Shown here one piece after another: positions 25,303 to 39,400 of a stretch of 64,000 bases of DNA; the stretch's first letter is position 1; every line of letters begins with the position of its first letter. The position numbers and the translations under genes were made by a program. The stretch lies in contig OZ237756.1 in assembly GCA_965178125.1 (NCBI GenBank), positions 434,001 to 498,000 of the forward strand, written 5' to 3'. The notes below the pieces were generated by a model. It did no database searches and was not told where the DNA came from. It saw only the letters and a list, made by a program, of their open reading frames with translations. The stretch comes from Bilabrum cf. latius (taxonomy: Eukaryota).

Positions 25303-27526
25303 ATGTCCGATGTTGATTTTTGCAACGCAGTGGCCTTAGCGCTGTTGTCGGTGCCCGAATCTGCGGCTACTTTGCCAGCAACACTTCGTGCCAAACTGAC
25401 TAAGGCTAAGACTAAACAACCTTGCAAGTTCCTCCTGCATCCGACTGCGGAGCGCTGGACCGATTTTGTCGAGTCTCTTGCGTCCTGGGCGATCAAGACC
25501 TCACCATCGTGAGTTTGGCTAGCAATGTGGTTCTCGATACCTAAACTTTACTACGTGGTCCCTCAATGGCTTCATCTCAGCCACGCGTGCCAGCAGGAGG
25601 TGCCACGTCTCCTCATGGCCACGTTTGCCACGTCCCCACTCTTGGGGCCGTCTCGGTACTTGCTACAGATCCTATATTGCGATCTCCAGAGCAACAGTTG
25701 ATATTCCTTTACTGTATTACCTCAGGGCTTCTGCGGCTTTGATCGAGCTCACCACGGAGTCTCTCAAAAGCTTCAGTCACGCCTCATTCAACCTACGACG
25801 TGTGGCTCTTGGTGCAGTTCATGTGATGGCCCAGGCGGCCCACATCGCCAGGCATAAGCCTCCGAAGTAGGCATACAGTTTTGCAAGACTCAGGGGTGGC
25901 TCTGCCCTGGCCAAGTTGTCAGCTAGTCCCTCTGAAGCGGCGCAGAAAGGCCTGTACTGGTACCTTCAGGATCGGTTTGCTCGTCACGAACTGACCGCAT
26001 CTTCTGACTCGTCCGCTCCTAGCCTAGGTTCGGATGGTGATTCCGGCTCGTAGGCTAGGGGGGCTTCTTCCTCGCGCATTCCAGCTCGTCGTCGCAGCTC
26101 CTCCTCTGCTGCAGACGGCGACACTGACGTTGACCAGGACAGCTCCAGTGACAGCGACGGCGCCGCTTCCAGTCTTACTACTGATGCTTCTGACAGTGAC
26201 AGTGATGAGGAGTCCAGTCGAGATACGTGGCAGGTGCCTCCCTTGACGAAGCCCCGCCGGGCTTCTCGTTCGTCATCTGGACCTGCCACCGGGGCTGGTG
26301 CATCCCCTGGCATCTCGGCCCAGTCCAGGCTCCGCTCCCTCTTAGGGACCCCCACTTCCACTTCAAGTTCGACTTCAAAGGGCCGGTGGTCAGATCTGTA
26401 TGCTGCATCTCGGCGTGAGACAGTCACAACTGCTCCTGGCGCGGCGATGGTACGGCCGTTTGCCACCGCTCTGGATAGCAGCCACCAGCGTGCTCTCGAA
26501 GATCTGCACACAGCCATCGTGAACCGGGCGAAATCTAGTGCTGCTGGCCGCTCTTCTAGTAAAGCGGAGCCTAATTCGGCATTGAGTGACCTCACCTCGG
26601 ATATAGTGGCCTTCCAGCTGCAGCCCGAGACGCCCGGTGTGAAGCCTCTTCGCATATTGACGGGGCAAGCAGCCGAGTTCGCCTACCTTTTCTACGGAAG
26701 GTCGATCACCGTGGACATGGAGGGCGTCTTCACAGAGCGGAAGTCCTCGAAGTCCACTACGTCCCCTTCTTATGCTGAGTTCACCGCCCAACTCACTATT
26801 CGACTGGGGCGGGTGCTCCGCCGGCTCGAGCTCATGCTCGTCGACCTAAAAGATCACGACGCCGACTTTGCAAAGGCACGTCGGTACAGCAAGTCAACCA
26901 AGTCTGCCAAGCGGAAGAAGGCAGCTTTGTTCTTCCGGGCCAGAGGTGCAGCATCTAGCATTCTCTTGGGCGACTTGGCTGACATTTCTGGCCCGGCCCT
27001 TCAAGTCTTCTTGTGGGCGTACGACTGGATCAGCTTCCGACACAACGGCCTCTTGCAGGGGGTCCAGACTGCGGCTGCCCGGACCGCAACGGAGCTGACG
27101 TGGCTGCTGCAGCACTCCCTTCTTCCAACGCCTAGGGGCAAATCCAAGCATCCAGTGGAGTGGCTGCCTCACGTCGGAAGTGCCCTGGTAGCATCGGGTG
27201 ACACGGGTCATGCCGCCCCTCTCGGCTCCAAACGTGCTGCCCGCTCCGAGTCCACGAGTACGGCACCTCGTGCCTCCTCTGCCGCCTCGGACCCGCCAAA
27301 CTCCAAGCAGGCAAGGGTGGAAAAAGACGTGTCCACAACTACATCCAGCAAGCCCGCGGGGCGTGCCTTTGGATCTTCAGCTCCAGCTTCTTCGAAGCGC
27401 ACTACGCGCTCCTCTAAGCGTGAGCAAGTCTTTGGTTTGAATGTATTCGGGCACACTATGTTCTCTAGCGAGGGCAACTGTGATGATTCACAGGATACAG
27501 ATGATTCATTGGAGGCTCATAGCGCC

Positions 27527-27581
<55 letters not shown>

Positions 27582-29935
27582 CCGATGATGCCGATGATGA
27601 TGTGGCAGAGGACGCTGCTGTGGAGGAGGACGAGGGCGAGGCCTTGGATGCACTGAGCTACCATCAGCCGGCCGTGGACCTCTCTGCGTGTGATGCTCTT
27701 GAGGACACCGACTGCGACGACCAGGTTACAGTTCCTTCTGGGGGTGCCCTCGTGGATGCAACAAGCCGCTGCAGTACTGCAACGGACTATGCTGGCCTGC
27801 ACCAGCTATCCACCGACTGTCACGCTGCTCTACACCGTGTGCTCGACCATGCTCGTGTAGGCCGCGGTACCGCGATCCGAGCTGAGTTCCGAAAGCTCCC
27901 TGAGGTACTGCAACTTCGCCACAGACTCGGCATGGTGACACGCCGGCCTCTCGCTGATGACTTCTCCGGCTTAGCCGCGGAGCTGGCTCAGATTGGCGTT
28001 GGTTCTGCTGCTCGTCTCGAGGCTCGTCGTGGGACCAGCAGTCATCGTCGGCACGGCGTGGTGGATCCAGCCGGGGCTCATGCACAGCTTGTCGCTGCTG
28101 GCCTGTCCTCTGCAGCGCTGAAGTACGGCAGTGCCGCTGCAGTCCTCCAGGACATCTGCAGAGGTGCGGATCTTGCCACTTTCGCAAAGCAGCCGTGGTC
28201 TCAGTGGAAATCCGCCGTTGCCCTTCCCAGCCGTACATACTACGACACGGGCACGAGCGACCGGCAGTTTGCAGCCCAGACCATTGAGGATCATGTCAAG
28301 GCAGGGGTCCTACAACCTGTCCCGGCCGACTCGGAGTACATCATCCTGCCAGTGTTCACTGTCCCCACGATGAACCTTAGCTCGACCTCAGAGCGGGAGC
28401 CCGTGCTTTTACCATCTATGGGGCGGCAGGCCGGCTGCACTTGGGATCGCCTCCTCCGGGCGGCTGGAGCCCGGTCCTAGATCCGGAAACGACGTCTCGT
28501 GATCGACGCAAGGGCTCTGTCTGACAACCTCCATCTTCCGAGGTATACCATGCACCCTGGTCATGCCTTCTTCGCTGGCATTGGCGCAAATTGGTACACC
28601 GCCAGTCTGGACCTCAAGAGCTTCTTCACCTCGATTCCGCTGCGTACGGAAGGCAGGATGGCATTTGCAGTGGACGGCAACCTCGGACACGGTCCGGTAC
28701 GTCCCCTTCGATTCTCCAGGGTCTTCTTCGGCTTATCGGTAGCTCCAGCAATTTGCTGCACCATCAGTGCTGCAGTCGTGGCGGTGGCGCGGGCACAAGG
28801 TGTCCACTGGATTCGCTGTTGGATTGACGACCTGGTCATTGCAGCCCCGACCTTGCAGCTGTGCACACGAGCAGTAGCTATCGTCCGCAGGATACTTCGT
28901 GGCTTCGGCTTGTTGGAATCTGAATCGAAATACCAGGCCCCATCGTAGTCTGCGGTGATCCTTGGCATCCAGCTCTGCACGCGTGGCTCAGTCACAATGA
29001 CGGTACCGGCTGCAAAGGCAGCTGATTCTCGTATGGTGGCTGCTATCGCCCGTGCTGCGTGGACGGAAATGGACACGTGGACATCGCAAGTGCAGCTGTT
29101 GCCGGCAGGCACGTCGCCACCTTCAGCTCTGCTCGGTGAACTTCGCGCCGTACGGGCCGTACTTTACCGAATGCTCTGCAAACTTGCAGGCAGAGCTTCG
29201 TGGTACTCAGCTTGTCGACAGACTCTTGCTTCCGGGATAGCACCTCTGTTCCGCATCGCAAATGGTCTTCGCTACGGCAACGAGCTCACGGCCGAGGACT
29301 GGTCGCTGGGCAAGCTCAGCCTGGCAGGCTTGGACAATTGGCTCCGGTCTCCTACCTGTTGTCCTCTGCAGGCGCCACGGTTCTGGGACGACATCATCAT
29401 CATCACGTCTGACGCGGGGGAGTCAGGCGCTGCGGCTATCATTGAGCGACCACGGCACGCTGTCAAGCCTCTCGCGTTGGCTGTAGACTTCTCGCCTGGT
29501 TCGGCTCTCGCAGCATCATCTAGTACACTTCGCGAGGCGGTCGGACTGTACATGGCCTTGTTGTTCTGCTCTCATACCACCCACGGTGCCACCGGCGCTG
29601 TCTGGATTGGTGATAGTGGAGCCCTCGCTGGGGCAGTTGCAAAGCGAAGTTCTTCGTCTCGGCAACTGAATGAAGCCCTGTTCCTCATTTTTAAAGAGGT
29701 TCAGCGACTTGCTGTGCCGGGCCTACTGCCTGCCTGGTTGTCTCGCGAGGCTAACACGCTTGCTGATGCTCTTGCTTGCGCGTCAGGCCCATCGCGATCC
29801 ACGGTGACGGCAGCGATGCCATTTCGCCTGCATCCCCCTATTGCGTGTCTTCAAGACCTGCACCCTTCGGGATTTGCCTCGCCGCCTGCTGCTTCCTCTT
29901 CTCTTAGTGCAGGCAAGACCAAAGGCAGGAAATGA
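25303..29935 (+). CDS. Gag-like/RT/RNase H polyprotein of the YR retrotransposon (one frame 25400-29935 with TAG=Gln; ATG 25303 needs a putative intron 25509-25593)
   Basis: RT motifs KRRLVIDARAL, SLDLKSFF, FGLSVAP, WIDDL, PS*SAVILG. RNase H motifs TSDAG, REAVG, GDS, NTLADAL. In-frame TAG at 25868, ~26051, 28478 and 28946. Ends TGA. The 5' start and the Gag identity are uncertain. Confidence 0.82.
27527..27600 (+). repeat. (GAT)n microsatellite encoding poly-Asp
   Basis: Seen directly in sequence. Confidence 0.95.
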
Positions 29936-29954
29936 GGGGGGAGGCCCGGCCCAA

Positions 29955-31043
29955 ATGGACGGCCATCAGCTTCATCTGGCAGTCTCGACCGGTGCTCGCC
30001 TGTCAGCCAGCTCTCTCAAGGAGCTTGCAGGGGCAGCGGAGGTTGCCGATCTTGCTGCCTCCACCTGGGACCATTATCGGGCAACACAGGAGCAATGGAG
30101 GCGGTCAGTGTCGCAAGAAGATCGAAGGAGCTCGAGTGATTTCGGTGTGACTGCAGCCAGATTGAAGACTTTCATTCTTGATCTAGCCTTGGCTCAGCCT
30201 CCCACTGTCTCAAGCAACGGCAAGTCACCCCCGCGCCGAGTCTCTTCCTCTCGGACGATGCTCAAGAAGCTAAGTTAGCTCGCCAGCATCGCCCTGCGCC
30301 GCGACTGGGCGCCCGCCTGGGTCTCCCCCCGCCAAGACCGTATCGTGAAGCAGTTCGTCAAGGGTGTGTTCAATACGCTGGCTAGATTCGATATCACGGC
30401 GCACTTGGCATCGAAGCGGCCGCTCCGTCTCAGTGAGCTGAGACGTATGCTCCAGCTGCCATGCCACTCAGCCGCTGACGAGCACTGTCAGGTGGCATTG
30501 TTGATGGCCTTTATCGGCATGCTTCGTGGCAGCGAATGCTACCCATCGGCCAAAGATGCCGCAGTACCTTTGACATGGCGGCACCTGGACAAGAGTGGAC
30601 AGACCCTAATCCTTGCTCTCCCTCGCGACAAGACCAACTAGCGGGGCGAAGACGATCGCTGTATTGCATTCCCTGAGGCTCATGCGCCCTTTAACGTGCG
30701 AGAGCGGCTCCGTCGACTGACTGCCCGCAAGGATTTCTCCATCTCAAGCGCCCTTTTCCCGAGCACGGCCCCCTCATGGTCCCGGAGGAGGGGAAAACCA
30801 ATTTTGACCAAGCGGCACTGGACCGATCTGATTCGAGACACAGCCCAGGCAGCCGGCGTTATTGGGTTCGAGCGACTAACAGCTCACTCCCTCCGTCATG
30901 GAGCAGCAACGTGTTGCTTGGAACGTGGCGTCCCGGCCGATGTCTTGTAGGCCTTAGGCAGGTGGGCCAGCGATGCTTACAAGGATTATTTGCATCCCAC
31001 GCCCGAGTTCCTTGCTGCTAGCATCAATAGCATATTTGTTTAA
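29955..31043 (+). CDS. Tyrosine recombinase of the YR retrotransposon
   Basis: Motifs FIGMLRGSE (R), RDKTN* (K), HSLRHGAAT (HxxR) and L*ALGRWASDAYKDY (W, Y) lie in one frame across TAGs at 30276, 30639 and 30948. First non-TAG stop is TAA 31041-31043. The frame is open from 29841, so the start is uncertain. Confidence 0.9.
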
Positions 31044-33404
31044 TTGATTTGCACAATGCATTGAATCACGGCATGGTGGCGATATTAATTGTTTGCACAC
31101 TCGCCTCCACTGCTTCTCGGCCAGACCCGTCAGGTGTGTTCGGCCCCGGCACAGTATCGCCAATACCGGGAGTTTGATTTATATATAGTCTTTGGGATTT
31201 TGATAGCGTCGCATCAGGGGTTTTCCCTTTGCCATCTAGACAATTGTGGGAGTTTGATTTTGGAGTTCGTCTCGGTATGTATGAGTCAATTAATTGGGAT
31301 TTGCCGGCAATGGTTCTAGATGGAAGGAAGAAGTAGCATTTTGGGACACACTTGGGAGTTCGTGACACCATTTTGCATCGGTTATACAACCAATGCATTC
31401 AGTGACCGTGCACAGCACTGGGCCTCACTTCACTACCTCGCCCTATACAAGCTGTAAACGTGGCATTACATGCGGCGAAGGGCAATACCACGTCAGTGCA
31501 ATACCCCACATGTGGGTAACGGCGGGGCAAGCACTGACTGGCAGTGAATCGATACTAGGCTGTTGCTTCACGCTGTTAGCGGTTGTAACCGCTTCGCCAA
31601 GACAATCCAAGTCTTGGCAGAGCCGTGAGGCATGGTGACTCGGCAGCCCATACCAGGGCTGCCCGACCACTAGCACATGACCTGGAGATAGAGCCAGGTC
31701 GGTCACTAGACACACGCGTGTCTTCAAAGGTGGCAATACGCCACCGCCATGAGAGTCAAACATCGTAGCGAGGACTGTAGACCAAGACGAAACAATCTCG
31801 CAGTGATAGATCCCGTCAGTTGTGTGCCGTAGGTACGGAGGCACGTTACGAAGTGATTTAGATCGGAGAGATTGTGTAGTATTGGTCGCAAGTCCGAGCA
31901 CAGATGTGAGGCTCTCACTTGTTCGGAATTTCGGTGGCACCTGTGTTCTACAGCTGTGCCCCGATATTCTCAGTAATAATTGTCATTATATGGCAATACA
32001 CACTGGGAAGACAGGCAGGGGCAACTCCAGAGGAGGTGATTCCCACTGCTTGTTGTTTTGAACCCACCCACCATCCCCGCAGTTACTACCACTGCCGCGC
32101 TACTGCAGCAGTGCCTACTATCGCATCCAATCGCCAGTCTTTTCATTTGTAACTCATCACATTTTTCCCGCCCACCTTCCCCCTGGGGCAAGCACTGACT
32201 GGCAGTGAATCGATACTAGGCTGTTGCTTCACGCTGTTAGCGGTTGTAACCGCTTCGCCAAGACAATCCAAGTCTTGGCAGAGCCGTGAGGCATGGTGAC
32301 TCGGCAGCCCATACCAGGGCTGCCCGACCACTAGCACATGACCTGGAGATAGAGCCAGGTCGGTCACTAGACACACGCGTGTCTTCAAAGGTGGCAATAC
32401 GCCACCGCCATGAGAGTCAAACATCGTAGCGAGGACTGTAGACCAAGACGAAACAATCTCGCAGTGATAGATCGTGGAGCAGATGGTGCAGCTCCAAAGC
32501 CGCGGTAGCAGCGCGCATCATTCGCTGGCTGGGGACTGGCTGCGATAGTGCACATGGCTCAGGATGTACGGCTGACGATCCGACGATCCATGGGGGCCTC
32601 TTTTCGTGATGGGGCCGTCCTAGGGGTGGTGAACATGGCCATTGCGAACTGGAACGGAGAGAAGCAGGGGTTCGGAGACAGAAGGCCTCCCATCAGCAAG
32701 GCCAAGATGATCAGGATTGCGGAGGAGCTCGATCACTTCTCCGATGTGCTGCGCAACTTGGGCTTCCTGCTTGTGGCTGCAGCTGGCAACAATCACATGG
32801 ATGCCGCCTACACATACCCGTGCAATGCCAAGGGTGTGATTTGCGTGGGATCCCATGCTGTTCAGGACAAGGTGGGAGAGGTGCGCATGTCCGATTTTTC
32901 TCACTACGGTACTCATTTGGATATACTCGCCTAGGGAGAGAAAATCGAATGGGTCGACATTGGCGCCCTGGGCAAAGGTGCGGGTACCTACTGGGGTACT
33001 TCATTTGCGGCGCCTCGTGTGACCAGATCGCTGATTACCATGGCCGGTACGCTGCGAATCGTCGACGTGACCAAGGCTCTCCGTCTGTTGCAGTCCAACA
33101 ACAAGGATGTGGAGCTGGTGCAGGCTACTCGAGGCCCTCTGAATGCTCCTGGCGAATTGCTGGCGGGACAGCTCGCAGATACTATGGCAGGTCGGAAGGA
33201 CTAGAGATTGGTGATGAGGGATGTAACTAGCGTTCCGCTACTATCATGGATGGTTCCGCGTGAAACGCTTTTGCCAGATCGCTGTGCTGGCTGCCGCCAC
33301 ATGTGCGATAGAGTGCTACTACTTTGTAAGTGCGACTGTTTCCAAAGTTGGAACCAGGCGACACGGAAGTGTAAAAAAATAACGCATTCCCATGCTCTGC
33401 ACCT

Positions 33405-36400
33405 GGTCCCGATTTGTTATAATACGATGGCATAATTAATCTCTGTCCAACCTGCCGGTTGGTATTTGCTGAGAAAGACGGCGATGGGGACGGGGTGAGC
33501 TGGCCCGCACCAGCCTCACCCAAGGGCTGCCCGCCTCGGCAGCCCCACACCACCACGTCCCGGTCGTCGTCAGGGAACGTGAGCTCCCTGCCGGCAGGTT
33601 TGATATCAATCACACATAAAACATGTCAAGCAGGGACCAGTTGGCCGGATCAGCAGGTAGCATCCTGCACCGCAGCCAGTCTGTCCTGCCGTAGACCCTC
33701 CATGAGCTCACGGGTGGGCGGGCTTTCAACAGAACTCCAGTGCCCAGATCTTTATATCTGTGGCGCTGCGTGTTGCGTCTCAGCCTCCACTCGAGCACTT
33801 GCCTCAAGGGAAGTGCCTCGGGAGCACAAACCAGGACCCGAACGACTCGGAATCAGTCGGGCCTGATCCCAAGTCTTACCGGGTCCCGATTTGTTATAAT
33901 ACGATGGCATAATTAATCTCTGTCCAACCTGCCGGTTGGTATTTGCTGAGAAAGACGGCGATGGGGACGGGGTGAGCTGGCCCGCACCAGCCTCACCCAA
34001 GGGCTGCCCGCCTCGGCAGCCCCACACCACATTGATGCTACTCGGACGGGAGGGGCGCCCGTCCGTTGTCCTCTCGCCATTCTGACTCATTCCTTAGAGC
34101 TCCGCTACTGCCTTCTTGAACGCCACAGCCAGCTTGGGCAAGTGGTCCTTGCTCATGCAGTACACGGCATTCTCCAACGACTTCCAGTCGGCGTGCTTGT
34201 ACATAACACCCACGGCGGCAACTGTTGCCTGTTCGCCTAGAGTGCGTGCTGAAGGACTCCGTGATCTCGCTCGTGCCCGTGCAGTACGCCTCCATCATCC
34301 TCCTGATGGCTGTCGTCCAGCTTGCTTACCAACGCTTTGTTGTCTTGGCGTCCGAATTCACGAACCGATAGGTCTTGGAGTCAGCAGGGTCGTCGCCGCA
34401 GCCGGCTAGTCTACTGCAATGTCCCCCAGATCGTGGTTCGCTGATGCACCTCGTCCAGTCGCTTCAGTGCGGTCTGGCCCATTGGGATGAGCACTGCCTA
34501 CAGCGTGTCCCTTACAGCTGTTGTCTTCCAGAGAGAGAACATGGCCATATATGTGCACTTGCCCTTGTACATCATACTCGCGTCATCCATGGTCCGGGAC
34601 CGCAGCTCGTTGCCGCGACACGTGCCGCCGATGCCCACTAGTGGAGCCTCGAGGGCAAGGATCTCTTCGGGTTTGCCCGCCTTGGGCCCGCCGTCTGTGA
34701 CCATTGCGGTGCTCCATCTAGATGATGGGAGCACGCTTCTTCCGGTTGCCCACGTCGTGCAGCCTCTTGTCCCTGCCTACCATCACCGTGTTGGTCGTTC
34801 CGGATGTGTCGGGGGATGGAGATGCAGCCCGTCACGTCGATATATCTCGACACGTGGAGAAGGTTGACCTGAGCGTGGAGCCCTGGAGATTGCCGCGCTC
34901 CATGCGCAGCACCATATGGGCAGGGATCCGGTCAAGATTCTTGATCGCCTCCGCAATCGTGGTGCCGTTGGGGCCGAAGTCTATCAACAGTCTACCTACT
35001 GGACGACGCGAAGCCACTCGCGCCGGCTCGCCAGGCTGACATCAACCGCACTGCAGCGTATGGCAGGCGCACCCAAGCGCCATCGAGACCAAGCAAGCCC
35101 AACTCTGTGGCAGCCGACGCGAAGCAGCCCACCCCGGCTCGCCTGGCTGACTTTGACAGCAAGGCGGCCACTGGCAGGCGCGCACATGCGCCATCAAGCC
35201 CCAGCAAGAGCAAGTATACCCATAATGCACTCTGATCCCTCCAGCCTCAGAGTCTGCACCACGATGTGCTCTGCTCTCACCAGCCTCATAGTCTGCACCA
35301 CGATGTGCTCGGCTCTCACCAGCCGCAGAGTCTGCACCACGATGTGCTCTGCTCTCACCAGCCGCCGGGCCTGCACCACGATGTGCTCTGCTCACAGCAG
35401 CCGCAGAGTCTGCACCACGATGTGCTCTGCTCACACCAGCCGCTGAGTCTGCACCACGATGTGCTCTGCTCTCACCAGCCGCCGGGCCTGCACCACGATG
35501 TGCTCTGCTCACCTTAGCCGCAGAGTCTCCTCGTCGTCATCACCATCAGATACCTCTGCCCGTTTCCCACCGGCGAGCCCTCGTTGAATAGAGCCTACGG
35601 CGTCAACCCTAGTCGCCTCGGCAGAGCTGCCCTATAAGAGGGCAAGACGCACATCCGGAGCGGGAGGAGAGGCAGCTGGCATCTACAGCGAGGCGCGCTG
35701 CTCACAGCAGCCGCCGAGCCTGCACTACGAAATGCTCTGCTCACACCAGCCGCTGAGTCTGCACCACGATGTGCTCTGCTCACACCAGCCGCTGAGTCCG
35801 CACCACGATGTGCTCTGCTCACAGCAGCCGCAGAGTCTGCACCACGATGTGCTCTGCTCTCACCAGCCTCATAGTCTGCACCACGATGTGCTCTGCTCAC
35901 ACCAGCCGCTGAGTCTGCACTACGATGTGCTCTGCTCACAGCAGCCGCAGAGTCTGCACCACGATGTGCTCTGCTCTCACCAGCCTCATAGTCTGCACCA
36001 CGATGTGCTCTGCTCTCACCAGCCGCCGGGCCTGCACCACGATATGCTCTGCTCACCTTAGCCGCAGAGTCTCCTCGTCGTCATCCCCATCAGATACCTC
36101 TGCCTGCTTCCCACCGGCGAGCCCTCGTTGAATAGAGCCTACGGCGTCAACCCTAGTCGCCTCGGCAGAGCTGCCCTAAAGAGGGCAAGACGCACATCCG
36201 GAGCGGGAGGAGAGGCAGCTGGCATCTACAGCGAGGCGCGCTGCTCACAGCAGCCGCCGAGCCTGCACTACGATGTGCTCGGCTCTCACCAGCCGCAGAG
36301 TCTGCACCCCGATGTGCGCTTCTCTCACTAGCCGCCGGGCCTGCACCACGATGTGCTCGGCTCTCACTAGCCGCTGAGTCTGCACCACGATGTGCTCGGC

Positions 36401-39400
36401 ACTCACCAGCCGCAGAGTCTGCTGCCCCCTCGTCGTCATCCCCATCAGATACCTCTGCCTGTTTCCCACCGGGGAGCCCTCGTCGAATAGAGCCTACGGC
36501 GTCAACCCCCGAGGCCTCGGCAGATCTGCCCTATAAGAGGGCAGACGCACACCCGGGGCTGAAGGAGAGGCAGCCAATAGGTCTCCCGAGAGTTGATCGG
36601 TTGTACGCAAAGCAGAGCTGGGCGGGGCTCGTAAGTGCCGCACAGCCACCCCAGCGTGGGACCCGCTCGACGGTAGGAGTGTGGGTCCAAGCCCATCTTT
36701 CCCCCTACTGTCGGCTATATCCCTTCTAGGAACGGAGCTGGAAGACGATGACGAAGAAGCATTACCTGAGGCCCCGCCCCGGCCAAGTACTTGTGTCGCG
36801 GCGATGCGGCTGGCCCCACGTCTGGCAGCCAGCGTCGCCTTGGCACGTTCAGCAGCGGAATCTGGCTCACGGGTGTAGGTCACGCTCTCCTGCTTGATCC
36901 AGCTACAACCTCAGCGCTCAACGGTATAACACTGCTGCTACGGAGGCCTCGAGCGCGGCGGCCACCAGCCCCGTCGTGAGTGTGGCCTCCTCTATCACTC
37001 CGGTTTGCGCGTCCTCCAGCTTTACTGCGTGTGCCCGACACGTCAGGCCCGCCGGGCGCCCGCACTCCGTGGGTACCCTAGACAGTCTATGGCAGGCGCA
37101 CACTGGCGTTCTGAAGACCAATCAAGCCCAAGTCGATCTACTAGATGACGCAAAGCGACCCGCCAAGGGCTCGCCAGGCTGACATCCACAGCACGGCGGT
37201 CCGCAGCAGGCGCACGCTGGTGCCATCAAGACCACGTCCTCCCAAGTAAACCCAAGATGGCGCTGCACTCACCAGCCGCAGAGTCTACACCACGATGTGC
37301 TCGGCTCTCACCAGCCGCAGAGTCTGCTGCCCCCTCGTCGTCATCCCCATCAGATACCTCTGCCTGTTTCCCACCGGCGAGCCCTCGTTGAATAGAGCCT
37401 ACGGCGTCAACCCCCGAGGCCCCGGCAGATCTGCCCTATAAGAGGGCAGACGCACATCCGGGGCTGAAGGAGAGGCAGCCAATAGGTCTCCCGAGAGTTG
37501 ATCGGTTGTACGCAAAGCAGAGCTGGGCGGGGCTCGTAAGGGCCGCACAGCCACCCCAGCGTGGGACCCGCTCGACGGTAGGAGTGTGGGTCCAAGCCCA
37601 TCTTTCCCCCTACTGTCGGCTATATCCCTTCTAGGAACGGAGCTGGAAGACGATGACGAAGAAGCACTACCTGAGGCCCCGCCCCGGCCAAGTACTTGTG
37701 TCGCGGCGATACGGCTGGCCCCACCTCCGGCAGCCAGCGTCGCCTTGGCACGTTCAGCAGCGGAATCTGGCTCACGGGTGTAGGTCATGCTCTCCTGCTT
37801 GATCCAGCTACAACCTCAGCGCCCGAGGGTACCCCACTGCTGCCGCTACCGGAGTAGTGGCGCCGGCGACGTCGGAGCACTCTCCCCGCCCACGTCGGCG
37901 TCCCTCCTGAACCGGGCGCTGCTGCCGCCGCTTTCGTTTTTGCGCTATGGAGGATTTCCCCGCTGCGGAAAGCTCGAGGACGGCGGCCACTACATCATTT
38001 GCGAGTATGGCCTCCTCCATCACCACGGTCTGCACGTCCTGCAGCTTGACTGCGCCTTGAGCCCGACACGTCAGGCCCGCCGAGCACCTGCACTCCGTGG
38101 GTGCCCTTCCCACCGGCTCGCCAAGCTGCCCTCCACAGCAAGACAGTCTATGGCAGGCGCACACTGGCGTTCTGAAGACCAATCAAGCCCAAGTCGATCT
38201 ACTAGATGACGCAAAGCGACCCGCCAAGGGCTCGCCAGGCTGACATCCACAGCACGGCGGTCCGCAGCAGGCGCACGCTGGTGCCATCAAGACCACGCCA
38301 TCCCAAGTAAACCCAAGATGGCGCTGCACTCACCAGCCGCAGAGTCTACACCACGATGTGCTCGGCTCTCACCAGCCGCAGAGTCTGCTGCCCCCTCGTC
38401 GTCATCCCCATCAGATACCTCTGCCTGTTTCCCACCGGCGAGCCCTCGTTGAATAGAGCCTACGGCGTCAACCCCCGAGGCCCCGGCAGATCTGCCCTAT
38501 AAGAGGGCAGACGCACATCCGGGGCTGAAGGAGAGGCAGCCAATAGGTCTCCCGAGAGTTGATCGGTTGTACGCAAAGCAGAGCTGGGCGGGGCCCGTAA
38601 GTGCCGCACAGCCACCCCAGCGTGGGACCCGCTCGACGGTAGGAGTGTGAGTCCAGGCCCATCTTTCCCCCTACTGTCGGCTATATCCCTTCTAGGAACG
38701 GAGCTGGAAGACGATGACGAAGAAGCACTACCTGAGGCCCCGCCCCGGCCAAGTACTTGTGTCGCGGCGATGCGGCTGGCCCCACGTCTGGCAGCCAGCG
38801 TCGCCTTGGCACGTTCAGCAGCGGAATCTGGCGCACGGGTGTAGGTCACGCTCTCCTGCTTGATCCAGCTACAACCTCAGCGCCCGAGGGTACCCCACTG
38901 CTGCCGCTACCGGAGTAGTGGCGCGGCGACGTCGGAGCACTCTCCTTGCGCCACTTCCTGCACCGGGCGCCGCTGCCTCCGCCTTCTCCTGCGCGATTGA
39001 GAAGTTCCACGATGCGGAGAGCTCGAGGCTGGCAGCCACCAGATACTTCACGAGCTGGGCCTCCTCCAGCACTACGGTTTGATGTCCTCCAGCTCTACGG
39101 CGTCCGTGCTCGACACGTCAGGCCCGCCGGGCGCCTACTCCGTGGGTGCCGTTCGCCTCGGCCACCCGGTGGCTGCCGCCGTATCCACTGCCCCAGTTAT
39201 TGCCGCGTTCTGCAGGCTGATGAGGTGCCGCATCGCCGTCATCTGGAGGAGGTCGCACGCTAGCTGCGCACCTGTTGGCGTGCCGTCGAGCATGGTCCAC
39301 CGGAACACCCGCACCATCAGTGGCGACTCGTCGCCTTCGGCGGACCGCCCTAGCTTAGGGAAAGAGTCGACCATGGCTGCTACCGCCTGTGGCCGTGGTT

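Larger units (their letters stand above)
21529..32473 (+). mobile_element. Autonomous tyrosine-recombinase retrotransposon, Ngaro/PAT-type split direct repeats (10.9 kb)
   Basis: A1 21529-21779 = A2 31813-32063 (251 bp). B1 31524-31812 = B2 32185-32473 (289 bp). Order is A1-ORFs-B1-A2-spacer-B2. Encodes RT, RNase H and YR. No TSD, and the host subtilase frame is restored on removal. Confidence 0.93.
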
